Shown: positions 25,151 to 35,949 of the stretch, piece by piece
Position numbering within the stretch: the stretch's first letter is position 1
Layout of the letters: each line of letters opens with the position of its first letter
Assembly (NCBI RefSeq): GCF_963921235.1
Contig: NC_086119.1
Coordinates: forward strand, 46,252,001 to 46,316,000
DNA: 64,000 nucleotides
DNA from: Mobula hypostoma
Taxonomy: Eukaryota
Direction: 5' to 3'
Made by a program: the position numbers and the translations under genes
Notes under the pieces: generated by a model
What the model saw: only the letters and a program-made list of their open reading frames with translations
Told to the model about the DNA's origin: nothing
Databases searched by the model: none

Positions 25151-26626
25151 GAGAAGATAGTTGATGTACTTTTGCACAAACTCATTCTGCCTGAGCAACT
25201 GGCAAGAACATGGGCCAGAAATACACAAGGTACCAGAAAATTAAATCTGTTTGCTTTATTTTATTGTTTAATCATGGGAAGGTTTATTTTTGGAAGGGGA
25301 TGGAGAAAAGTGTGTTTGCACTAGGCTTTGCATTAATCTTTCAAAGAAGACCCACTTTAATCAGTCAGTGACAAACCACGCTGGGAATTTGTTCTGTTAC
25401 TGCAGTTGAGATACACAGCAATAATTCATCAGGTGGAAGAGGGCAATAATTCATTTTCTGATTCAATATATATAAATTAGACAATCAACCATTGCAACGT
25501 TTTCTGCCATTTTTATTATCTGTCTCTTTTAAACCCCTCTTCATTGTCATTAAGAAACTCAGAGAAGCATGAAAGCCCCCACGTTTCCTCAAAATTGTGT
25601 GCAGAATTGGTTCATTTCAGTCCTGCTTTCAGCTGGAGAACACAATTTTCATTTTGTTCGTATTACTTACATATTGATTTTTTAAAAGAAAAATGTTTGT
25701 ACTATCACAATGGGAGATGTCAGTGTGGGAATGGAGCATTGTTCTCCTGTCAGAATTGGAAGCCTGCTACAACAATGCCCAAAGGCAGTGTACATCTTCA
25801 GCAAGAATGCATAACACATGGTGAAGTAAAGTTGACTAAAAATCGGCTGTGATTCCTTTCCCAAGATACAATGCAAAGCCAATGTTATTGCTGAACTTTT
25901 TATATAAAGCCGTAAGCTGGGAAGAAAATCATAGAGAATTTGTTTATACAAAAAGCAAGCTTGTCTTCTGGATCCCTGCTCTATGACAATATTACAAGAT
26001 ATCAGATCGACAGCAGAGTGACTTCATGTGGCTGCATCTGTCTGCAACAGGCTCTTGAATGTTAGGGAAAAACCTGCTGCCATCTTTTAAACTGCTGATA
26101 ATCTCAAACCTTTCAACATCAAAACATTTTTGTTGTGTTAATATTTGGACTTTGAGCACCTCCTACATTGCACAAACAGAATGGGGATGGCACAGTCAAA
26201 GTGAAGGTTGTCTTAATCAAACTGGCACAGATATGACTTTTGGATTACAGGTAACAGGGTTTCAGAGAGGGCAGTGGGCCTGCAAGAAGCTTACAGGTAG
26301 AATAGCCTGCGGGTTACTGTGGAGAGTTCGGTTTAAATTTATCAGGAACTAAAAGATAAGAAATAGAGTTAAAGGGTGCCTTGTAAGGGAACAAGGATCA
26401 AAAGTGACCAGCTTGGAGAGAGAACGTGAAAGCAGGAGATGCAGTTAAAGTGATGTAGGGTACAGACATAGATGTCCTCCTAGAATACAGTGGTTGTAGA
26501 ATTTTATATCATAAGTCAGTCAATTCATGTTATACCTTACACTGATTGTCATGTTTGCATTTATTCATGGGTTCAGAGTTCAATGGTTCAATTTAATTTC
26601 AGAAAATGTATACAGTATACAAACTG

Positions 26627-27772
26627 CAATCAAAGTAAATTTATTATCGAAGTACCATATACAACCCTGGATTCATTTTCTTGTGAGCATACACAATAAA
26701 TCCAATAACTATAATAAAATCAATGAGAGACCATACCAACAGGGTGGATACACCATTGTGCAAAAGACAACAAATTGTGCAAATACAAAAAGAAAGAAAA
26801 AAATAATAATAAATAAATAAGCAATATTGAGAACATGAGATGAAAAGTACTTGAAAGTGAGTCCTTAGCTTGTTTGGGAGAGTTTAGTTATGGGGCAAGT
26901 GAAGTTGAGTGATGTTATCCTCTCTGGTTCAAGATCCTGATGGTTGAGGGGCAATAACTGTTCCTGAACCTGGTGGTGTGAGTCCTGAGGCTCCTGTACC
27001 TTCTTCCTGAAGGTAGTAGTGAGAAGAGAGCATGTTCTGAGCCAGCCGTGCGGGTCCCTGATTATTGATGCTGCTTTCCTGTGACAATGTTTCATGCATA
27101 TATGCTCAATGGTAGGGAGGGCTTTACCCATGATGAATTGGGTTATATCCACTACTTTTTGTAAGATTTTCTGGTCAAGGCATTGGTGTTTCCATACCAG
27201 GCTATGATGCAGCCAGTCAATATACTCCCCACCACACATCTATGAACGTTTGCCAAAGTTTTAGATGCCATGCCAACTCGTCAAAAATTTCTAAAGAAGT
27301 AGAGGTGTTGCCATGCTTTCTTTGTAATTGTACTTGTCTGAGGAGCCCAGGACAGGCCCCAAGAAATGATAGCACTGAGGAATTTAATGTTGTTGACCCT
27401 CTCCTCCTCTGATCCCCTGTTGTGGACTGGCTCATGGACCTCTGGTTTCCTCATTCTGAAGTCAATAACTGGCTCTTTGGTCTTTCTGACTTTCAATGAG
27501 AGGCTGTTGTTGTGGTACCACTCAGCCAGATTTTCAGTCTCCCTCCTATATGCTGATTCGTTACCACTTTTGATTCGGCCAACGGCAGTGGTGTCATCAG
27601 TACGGCAATGGAGCTGTGCTTAGCCACACAGTCACAAGTGTAAAGTGAGTAGAGCAGGGGGTAAGCACACAGCCCTGTGATGTACTTGTGTTGATGGAGA
27701 TTATGGAAGAGTTGTTGTTGCCAATCGAAACTGACCGTGGTTTGCAAGTGAGGAAATCGAGAATCCAAATGT
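26627..27772 (-). mobile_element. Rex1/Babar-like LINE, 3' part
   Basis: Peptides WILDFLTCKPRSV, QGCVL, KTKEPVIDFR and KKAWQHLYF, with the same UTR as 12530-13514. Confidence 0.85.
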
Positions 27773-30000
27773 ACAAGATCAATTTTGTCGTGGTAAAAAG
27801 AAAAAGTTTTACAAAAATCTTTTTGTGAATGAGTTCAAGGTTGTGTTGCTCTATCAGCCTTGACTAATTTCCCAGCAGAATGGGTTCACGCTGAGCTGAA
27901 TAGAAAGGTGTCAAACCCACAGGCTAAAACCTTGGAAGAGCACCATCACTGCATCAATGTTAACATTTCCATGATGGCATTGGTTTAGTCTGAAATCACT
28001 GACTGTAGACATGGCACTTGTGAATATTTAAACACGAGAGATTTTGCAAATGCTGGAAATCTTGAGCACCATTTGTGGATATTTGCTCGCAGAAAGCTGA
28101 AGTCTCTTCTCGTGCCAATCATGCTCAGAGCCCCCAACTCCATGGCTTCCCATTGGACAGGAAATGCACAGAATGAGTTTTCTCTCAAACCTGATTGGAG
28201 AATGGAGAGAAGGATATGCTAGCCCAATGTACCTTGCAATTGACGAAATCCTTGTAAACTATGGTCTATATCATAGTAGACCATCAATAGATTTCAGTGA
28301 TAATTGGGATCAGTGGTCTGAGTTTAGGCAGTGACCATTCCTGGACTTCGTAGCGTTCCTGTCCAGGAAGTTCAGCTTTATAAGATTTACTACTGTAACT
28401 AATCTCTTGAATTACTGCACCCACTTCTAAGTTTCTTGCAACTGGAACATATATCAAGGATGGAAGTTCTTGCAACTAAAATCATTTTCCATTCACTCCC
28501 TGTGAAAGAACCACAATTTTGGAGGTTATGTGGTGCTCTTCACATCTTCAGTACATTCTGCAGTGGTTTATAGTCAGTGCCATAATGAGACCAGCTACTG
28601 AATCCAAATCATTGTGGTTTATAAATGATCTGAACTTAGCTGTAGCAAGCATAACTTCAAGGTGGAATAAACTAACAACTGTGGGAAACGGCGGAAAAAA
28701 TTGGTTATGGGAGGGCACAGAATTGTGAAGTGAGCAGACACATACGAGGCAGAACGAACCTACCTGTGAAATGTGTTCTTCATTTTGGAAAGCAATTAAG
28801 CAAGTTTTGCAGTGACATTTTACAAAGTGTTTTACTAACAGAGAGATCATATAAAATAAAGTGCATGGTGGAAGAGATTTGGGTAGAATGAGATACTGTC
28901 TCCTTGGACTGATACCTAGAACTTTGTATTACAGTAATCGGGAGTGTTTAGATGAAGAAACATTTATTTTAGTCATGAAGGGCTCGTGGGAAGAGATTCA
29001 ATGATAAATTTCAAAGGGCAATTGTAAAATATAGAAACTTAAAAAATATGTTGGTCTGTGATGCTGGGCTAGGGAATGAGATAAATTGAGTGGATCTTCA
29101 GGGAACCAGTACAGACTCCATGTTGTATGATTCTATAATCCTTATCTATCTACTTCATAGAAATTGCACAACCATAGGCAACCCAAACAGACACAGTCCT
29201 GACCCTCAGAGATAATCCAATAAATCTCTGGGATATTACTCTGGTTTTACAACCAATACTATTCAGCTCTAGCCAGTTATATTCCCATGAGTCATTCATC
29301 ACTCCAGCCACATGGGGAACATTGTGCTTTGGTACAGAGTTGATCTATGTTTTTTCTTATCAATTCAGATCCAGTCCTTATTCAGACAGTCATTCAGCTC
29401 TTTCATGAAGAAGTTTGACACAACAGTAATTGCTTCTTCAGATAGTCAGTTCCGCAATTTCACCCCTGTGAGAAAAGTGCATACACTATTTGTCAGGAAG
29501 CTTCACGATAATAGCCCAGAAGAATGTCGTAGTCCAGGCATAAAACCATATACAGTGCATCATTCAAATATCTTGCTCATTCTGAGAGACCCTAACAAAA
29601 TGAACAGCCTGGAAAATTGACCTTAACCAATTCAAAGCTAATAATGATTGATTTGTATACTACAACTTTTAGCTTTTAGACTAGAGATTCTTAAATTATA
29701 ACTTTCTACATCAACGCTTCCCATAATTAAAGTTTCTACACCTTGCTTTATAAGATAATGCTTCAAGAGAAAGTAAAAAATAAACTGCAGGTCAAAACAG
29801 AAAATGCTGGAAATACTCAGCTGGTCAGCCAGCACCTGTAGAGAGAAACCCAAGTATTGTTTTAAAATGAAGAAGAATATATGTCTAATGAATGGTCTTC
29901 AACCTGGCAAGTTTACTTAAGAAATTTACATAGCTGATTTCTACTCAAGAACTAGAGGGTATCAAATTAAGGTGAGAGGGGAGAGAGTTAATAGAAAACT

Positions 30001-30403
30001 TACTCACTCACTGCCCATTATGCCACTGATGTTTAGGGCAGCAATGAAGGTCCTCTCTCTCTGGTGGTGTTGAGGGCTTCCTTCATCATGTCAGTCGCTC
30101 TTCACTACTGTCAGTCATGCAAGTTCTGGGTGGAGGCTTAGGAATACTGTTGCAGACAGATGTAGAAGGATTCTTCATTGCTGTTTTACCAGTCAGGGTT
30201 GCCAGCCCTCAGCTGAACCCCCAAACCTGGAGGGCTGGTGAACCACTCTTAGTCTGGCCTCTACACTTTGAACTGTGTGGCATGGGTGACCCTACCAAGA
30301 GCCAAAGCATAAAGCTCCGACTCCAGCCAGCATAGCTCTGTGGGTCAATGAGGCACGCAAGCCTCCAAACCCAATGGCAAGGTTGTGGTCCTCTTGGAGG
30401 ACT
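30001..30403 (-). mobile_element. Bipartite RTE-derived SINE-like element inserted in a CR1 tail
   Basis: An RTE-type 5' UTR is joined to a 3' end matching the RTE at 20105-20160, with a (TGAG)n tail. CR1 3' UTR sequence lies on both sides (29950-30000, 30405-30600). Confidence 0.75.
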
Positions 30404-31370
30404 AAGAACGTGAGGGGCAAATTTTTCACAGCGAGTAGACAGGTTATGGAATGAGAGGAAGTGATTGAGGTAGGTATTTTAACCCCATTTAAAAGGTGCT
30501 TGGACAGGTACATAGATAGGAAAGTTTTAGAAGGATATGGGGCAAATGCAAGCAAATGGGACTAGCTTAGTTGGGCATCGTGGTTGACATGGATTGGTTG
30601 CTGCAGGTAATAAAACTTCAAAACTAAAGTTTCCTCCACTCACATCTTCCTAGACTAATATGCCTTTTTAATTTTCCGTGCTATAGGTTTTCATACAAAA
30701 GCCATCTAGATTAACTAGTTCACATAAATGATATCTAGAAAATTTCTTATACTGAATCTTTCTATATAACTGCTTTTTTGTTAGTATTTTGCATGCTAAG
30801 CCTTTATTTATTCATTTGCCATTTTAAATGCAAAGACAAACTGCTTTGCAAAAAGTTGTGGCCAGCTGTGAAGTTCAAAGGAGTTGCTTGATGCACAGTT
30901 CGGGTACACCATACAGCGGCTATTTTGGTGATGAGCAGATTGCCCTGCTCCACATCAGCTGTAGGGCGATTCTTTCATTTTCCACTTTTGAAAGAGAAGG
31001 CTGCACCTGCTGCACCATGATCAAATGGCACTGTGCACACCCCATGGGCTTCTGGCAGGTTGAAGCCAGCTACTTCCCGTGTGGGCCGTACAGAAACAGT
31101 ATATGCTATCTTTGGGGCAGCTTTTATGCCTGGAATCATGCATTTTCTTTTGCCCCGAGGAAGTGTTGCTGCCTGATTACAACCCTCAGCTGAGGGGATG
31201 TAAATCTAGATATCTGTGATTTGTCAGGGCTGGACTGCTGCGTGGGTACACAGATGCCTGGAGAGACCATCCATGCTCGAAAAGTGTGCATCAGCCATGA
31301 TTGAATGGCGAAGCAGACTCGATGGGCCAAATGGCCTAATTCTGCTCCTATGTCATAGGGTTTTAAAAGC

Positions 31371-31944
31371 TTAGATTTTAGATTAGATTATGAGGACACT
31401 CAGTCCTCGTTTATTGTCATTTAGTAATGCATGCATTAAGAAATGATACAATGTTTCTCCAGTATGATATCACAGAAACACAGGACAGACCAAGACTAAA
31501 ACTGACAAAAACCACATAATTATAACATATAGTTACAACAGTGTGAGCAATACCGTAATTTGATAGAAGAACAGACCATGGGCATGGTAAAAAAAAAAGT
31601 CTCAAAGTCCCGATAACCCCAACATCTCACGCAGATGGTAGAAGGGAGAAACTCTCCCTGCCATGAGTCTCCAGCGCCGCAAACTTGCCGATGCAGCATC
31701 CTGGAAGCACCCGACCACAGCCGACTCTGAGTCCGTCTGAAAGCTTCGAGCCTCCGACCAGCCCTCCGACACCGAGCACCGAGCACCATCTCTGCCGAGC
31801 GCTTCGACCCCGCCCCGGCCGCTGAGCAACAAGCAAAGCCAAGGATTCGGGGGCCTTCCCCTCTGGAGATTTCAGATCACACAGTAGCAGCGGCAGTGAA
31901 ACAGTCATTTCAGAAGTTTCACCAGATGTTCCTCCGTGCTCTCA
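31371..31944 (-). mobile_element. Non-autonomous retroposon, copy 2 of the 2290-2925 family
   Basis: Aligns by eye with 2290-2876. It has an (AATCT)n-type tail on the minus strand. Confidence 0.78.
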
Positions 31945-33289
31945 TGGAGTTCTTTGTCAGTATGGACAAAAGACAGCAGCCATGTTGGGTTTGTGGATGG
32001 GTTTGTTGGCTCAGGCTTTCCGGGCTAGTCTACATCTCTCTGCTGCAATTGTCTTTTCTACCTCATGTATCACTGCACTCTTTTGGAGTGAGGAACAGCA
32101 CTCAACCTGGACGATAAGTTCTCATGTGTCTGGGTTGATGCCAAAGGCTTTTAGTGAAGTTTTCAGGATGTCTTCATAGAAACGCTTTCCTTCTTGTAGT
32201 TCGCTGTAAAGCAGTCTCTTAGGTAGCCAATGATCTGCCATTTGAGCTACGTGACCTGCCCGGCATAACTGGAACTGCGTCAGGGTGATGTAGGTACTGG
32301 GCAGGCCTGCCTCAGTACATATCTCAATGTCAGAGATTCTGCCTTGCCACTAAATGTTGAGGGGCTTTCTGAGGCAGACTATGTGGAAATGGTTCAGTTT
32401 CTTGGCATGTCGTTGGTACACTGTCCATGTTTTGCAGGCGTAAGGCAGAGTGGGAAGTACTATGGTCCTATAAACCTTCAGCTTCATCTGTAGACTTGTG
32501 CTTCTTCTGTTCCAGATGTCGGAGTAAAGCCTGCTGAAGGCTACGCCAGCTATGGTAATACTGGTGTTTACTTCACCATCAATGGTGGTGTCCTGGGACA
32601 GTGTGCTGCCAAGATACGGGGATCTGTTTACTGGGTTGAGTCTTTGACCGTGATGTTTGGCTCAGTGTATGATTTCCCTGGAAATGGCTGATGCATTACT
32701 TCAGTCTTCCTGGTGCTGATACCAAAGTTGGTACACACATCAGAAAACTTGTCAAAACAGCACTGCTTATCATCTTTTGGACCAACTTTGAGGGCACACT
32801 CATCAGCAAATAGGAAATCTTGATGATATCTCTCCTAACTTTAGATTTTGCTTGGAGCTTCCTGAGGACGACCAGTTTCCCATCAGTTCAAAATCTAATG
32901 TCGATGCCTACATCACCATCTCTGAAGCTGTCAGTCAACAAATGGAAAACAGCAGACTGATTAGTGCTGGGGCTAAGACGGGCTCGATGTCTCACCATTG
33001 TCCTGAATTCCAGCTTGCATGCCATCATGGAATTGACGCACCATGGTGTGTACCTCGCCATGATTTTCCATCGACTCTTTCTGCCAACAGATCAACATAG
33101 CAGGGAAACAGGTCAGCGCTTTGCTCCTGACATTGCTCTTGCAGCAAACACCATGTCGATAGTCCCACGCTCTTTCCAGAATCGATGCTGGCTCTCTCGT
33201 GGGAGTCCCTGGTTACGGTGTGATGTGAGATGGTTGAAAAGAAGCCTGGTAAAGACAGCTAGGATATTCACCAATAGTTGTTGCAGGAC

Positions 33290-33644
33290 CATTCAGGGCC
33301 CCAAACAGTCCTACCAGGTGAGGCAACACTTCAACTGTGAGTCGACTGGGGTGATATACTGCGTCCGGTGCTCCCGATGTGGCCTTTTATATATTGGTGA
33401 GACCCGACACAGACTGGGAGACCGCTTTGCTGAACACCTACGCTCTGTCCGCCAGAGAAAGCAGGATCTCCCAGTGGCCACACATTTTAATTCCACATCC
33501 CATTCCCATTCTGACATATCTATCCACGGCCTCCTCTACTGTAAAGATGAAGCCACACTCAGGTTGAAGGAACAACACCTTATATTCCGTCTGGGTAGCC
33601 TCCAACCTGATGGCATGAACATCGACTTCTCTAACTTCCGCTAG
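33290..33644 (+). pseudogene. GIY-YIG endonuclease domain of the PLE ORF (open frame, 5'-truncated)
   Basis: FNCESTGVIYCVRCSRCGLLYIGETRHRLGDRFAEHLRSV...PVATHFN...LQPDGMN, with the VIY...YIG signature and CxxC linker. Confidence 0.92.
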
Positions 33645-33936
33645 GCCCCACCTCCCCCTCGTACCCCATCTGTTACTCATTTTTATGCACACATTCTTTC
33701 TCTCACTCTCCTTTTTCTCCCTCTGTCCCTCTGAATATACCTCTTGTCCATCCTCTGGGGTCACCCCCCCTTGTCTTTCTTCCCGGACCTCCTGTCCCAT
33801 GATCCTCTCATATCCCTTTTGCCTATCACCTGTCCAGTTCTTGGCTCCATCCTTCCTCCTCCTGTCTTCTCCTATCATTTTGGATCTCCCCCTCCCCCTC
33901 CCACTTTCAAATCCCTTACTCACTCTTCCTTCAGTT

Positions 33937-33972
33937 AGTCCTGACGAAGGGTCTCGGCCTGAAACGTCGACT
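33937..33972 (+). ncRNA. Minimal type I hammerhead ribozyme motif, intact core
   Basis: agtc-CTGACGA-agggtctcggcct-GAAA-cg-TC-gact. Predicted cleavage is after C33968. Confidence 0.88.
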
Positions 33973-34294
33973 GTACCTCTTCCTACAGATGCTGCCTGGC
34001 CTGCTGCATTCACCAGCAACTTTGATGTATGTTGCTTGAATTTCCAGCATCTGCAGAATTCCTGTTGTTGCAGGACTGTCAGTTTCCCTTTCGCATACAC
34101 AAGAGGATGAAGGATTGCCATTAACCTCCTGTGGAATCGTCTCTTGTGCCACATGAGATGATGGAGCTTTTCTGTTAACACTGCACCACCTTCCTTGTGG
34201 GTATTGCACCTGATCCAGGTGCTTTGCCACTAGAGAGCTGATGTACCGCTTTCTGGGTCTTAGCTGAGGTCAGAGGAGCATCCGCTGCTTCATT

Positions 34295-34682
34295 TGTGGG
34301 GATGGAACTGGACTCCCTCACGGTGGTGTCTGAAAAGAGGATGCTGTCCAAGATGCATGTCATCTTGGACAATGTCTCCCATCCACTACATAATGTACTG
34401 GGTGGGCACAGGAGTACATTCAGCCAGAGACTCATTCCACCAAGATGTAGCACTGAGCGTCACAGGAAGTCATTCCTGCCTGTGGCCATCAAACTTTACA
34501 ACTCCTCCCTTGGAGGGTCAGACACCCTGAGCCAATAGGCTGGTCCTGGACTTATTTCCTGGCATAATTTACATATTACTATTTAACTATTTATGGTTTT
34601 ATTACTATTTATTATTTATGGTGCAACTGTAACGAAAACCAGTTTCCCCCGGGATCAATAAAGTATGACTATGACTATGACT
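34295..34682 (+). mobile_element. Rex1-type LINE 3' fragment nested in the RTE
   Basis: Near-identical to 22905-23290. It ends in AATAAA plus an (ATGACT)n tail. Confidence 0.92.
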
Positions 34683-35949
34683 ATTGACAGGTGTTTGGAA
34701 CAGGTGATCTATTTGTCATTTATAGTCGGAGAATGGTTCAGAACACTGTTAAGGTGTTCAGCCCACTGACGAGGAATTTTCTTTTTGTCCATAATCAGTA
34801 TGTTCCCAGCAGCAAAGAGGTCAAGGGATGATCTTGACGATGTGGGGCCATGGTCTCCTTTTAGTGCAGTGTCGGAGTTCTTTAAATCATAACCATCTGC
34901 ATATGCCTGGATCTCATCAGTTTCATCCGGTTTAAGGTGGCCCTGGTGATGCCCAGTGACTACTTACTGGCAGCAAAAAAAAAAACAAACCAAAGAAAGC
35001 CACTAAATAGCTTATTAATAACACTTCATTAATAATGATCAACGCTAACAATGGAGAGGCGAGTGGTGGAGACAAATGTGCAGGAAAGAAATGGTTGAGG
35101 GAAGTGGAGGTGAGTGGTAGCAGAGGTGGAGGTGTAGGGAAGGCCTTGTCGAGGCAAGCAAAGGTGGAGGCAGGGTCAAAGCCGAGGCAAGCTGTCCCCG
35201 AGAGCAAAGGAAGTTCTGATGTCTGATGGATTTAAGCGCTGGGTCGAATTGGAAAGTTCGGGTATAGGCTGAATCGTGGTGGTAGGGTTCAAGCCCCACA
35301 ACAGTCCAAGAGCAAGGAACGATCTAAAGCTTGAGTGATTTAAATGCCGGGCCAGATTGAAACGGTCAGGGTGCTGGGACCGGAGTGAGGTGAGGGCTGG
35401 TTCTGCCTGTTTCTTCTCGCTGCTCCACAACGTTCACATAGCCCTGCGCCGAGCAGAGGCCACGGCCTGCTCCAGGTGCAGTGATACCTGCCAATGCCGA
35501 ATTTCCCCACTGACCCCATCTCAGGAGGTGTTGTCAGAGCCTACTCTTGCATTGAAGTCATTGAGGATAATAAACTTGTCTGTCTTGGGAACAGTGGCAA
35601 TAACTGACTGCAGTTCTTCATAAAGCTTGTCCTTTTCATCATCTCAGTTGGGGCATAAGTGCTGTCGATGGTGACGTGCTTCCTACAATGCATCGGGGGA
35701 GTTTCATGGTCATTCACACCCAATGGATGTCCATCCAGTAAGCCTGCCAGCGAGTTCTGTCTTCACTGTAAATCCAACCCCAGCCTCACGTTGGCCTTGA
35801 TTTCCTTTTCCACTCCAAAAGAATGTGTATCCTGCTCTCCGTTCACAAAGTTCACCTTCTCCTGCTAGCCGGGTCTCACTTAGGGCTGTGATATCAATGT
35901 TATATCTGGCTAACTCTCTCCCTGTCAGAGTAGTTCTCGACTCTTATCA

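Larger units (their letters stand above)
33290..34069 (+). mobile_element. Penelope-like element 3' fragment nested in the RTE
   Basis: GIY-YIG domain, UTR, hammerhead and tail. A 13-bp duplication gttgttgcaggac lies at 33277-33289 and 34064-34076. Confidence 0.93.
31945..35945 (-). mobile_element. Near full-length decayed RTE (BovB-like) LINE hosting nested insertions
   Basis: APE endonuclease peptide RELARYNIDITALSETRLAGEGEL...YTFFWSG (35800-35930), RT-region motifs (LSSGKAPG, KGN.QSC, FLFADECAL) and a C-terminal QL.WAGHV-like motif near 32270. Confidence 0.85.

Noticed and set aside
32964-34181. 226-aa and 247-aa ORFs as host genes
   Set aside because: They are chimeric read-through of antisense RTE and PLE sequence. 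Only the GIY-YIG part is meaningful.
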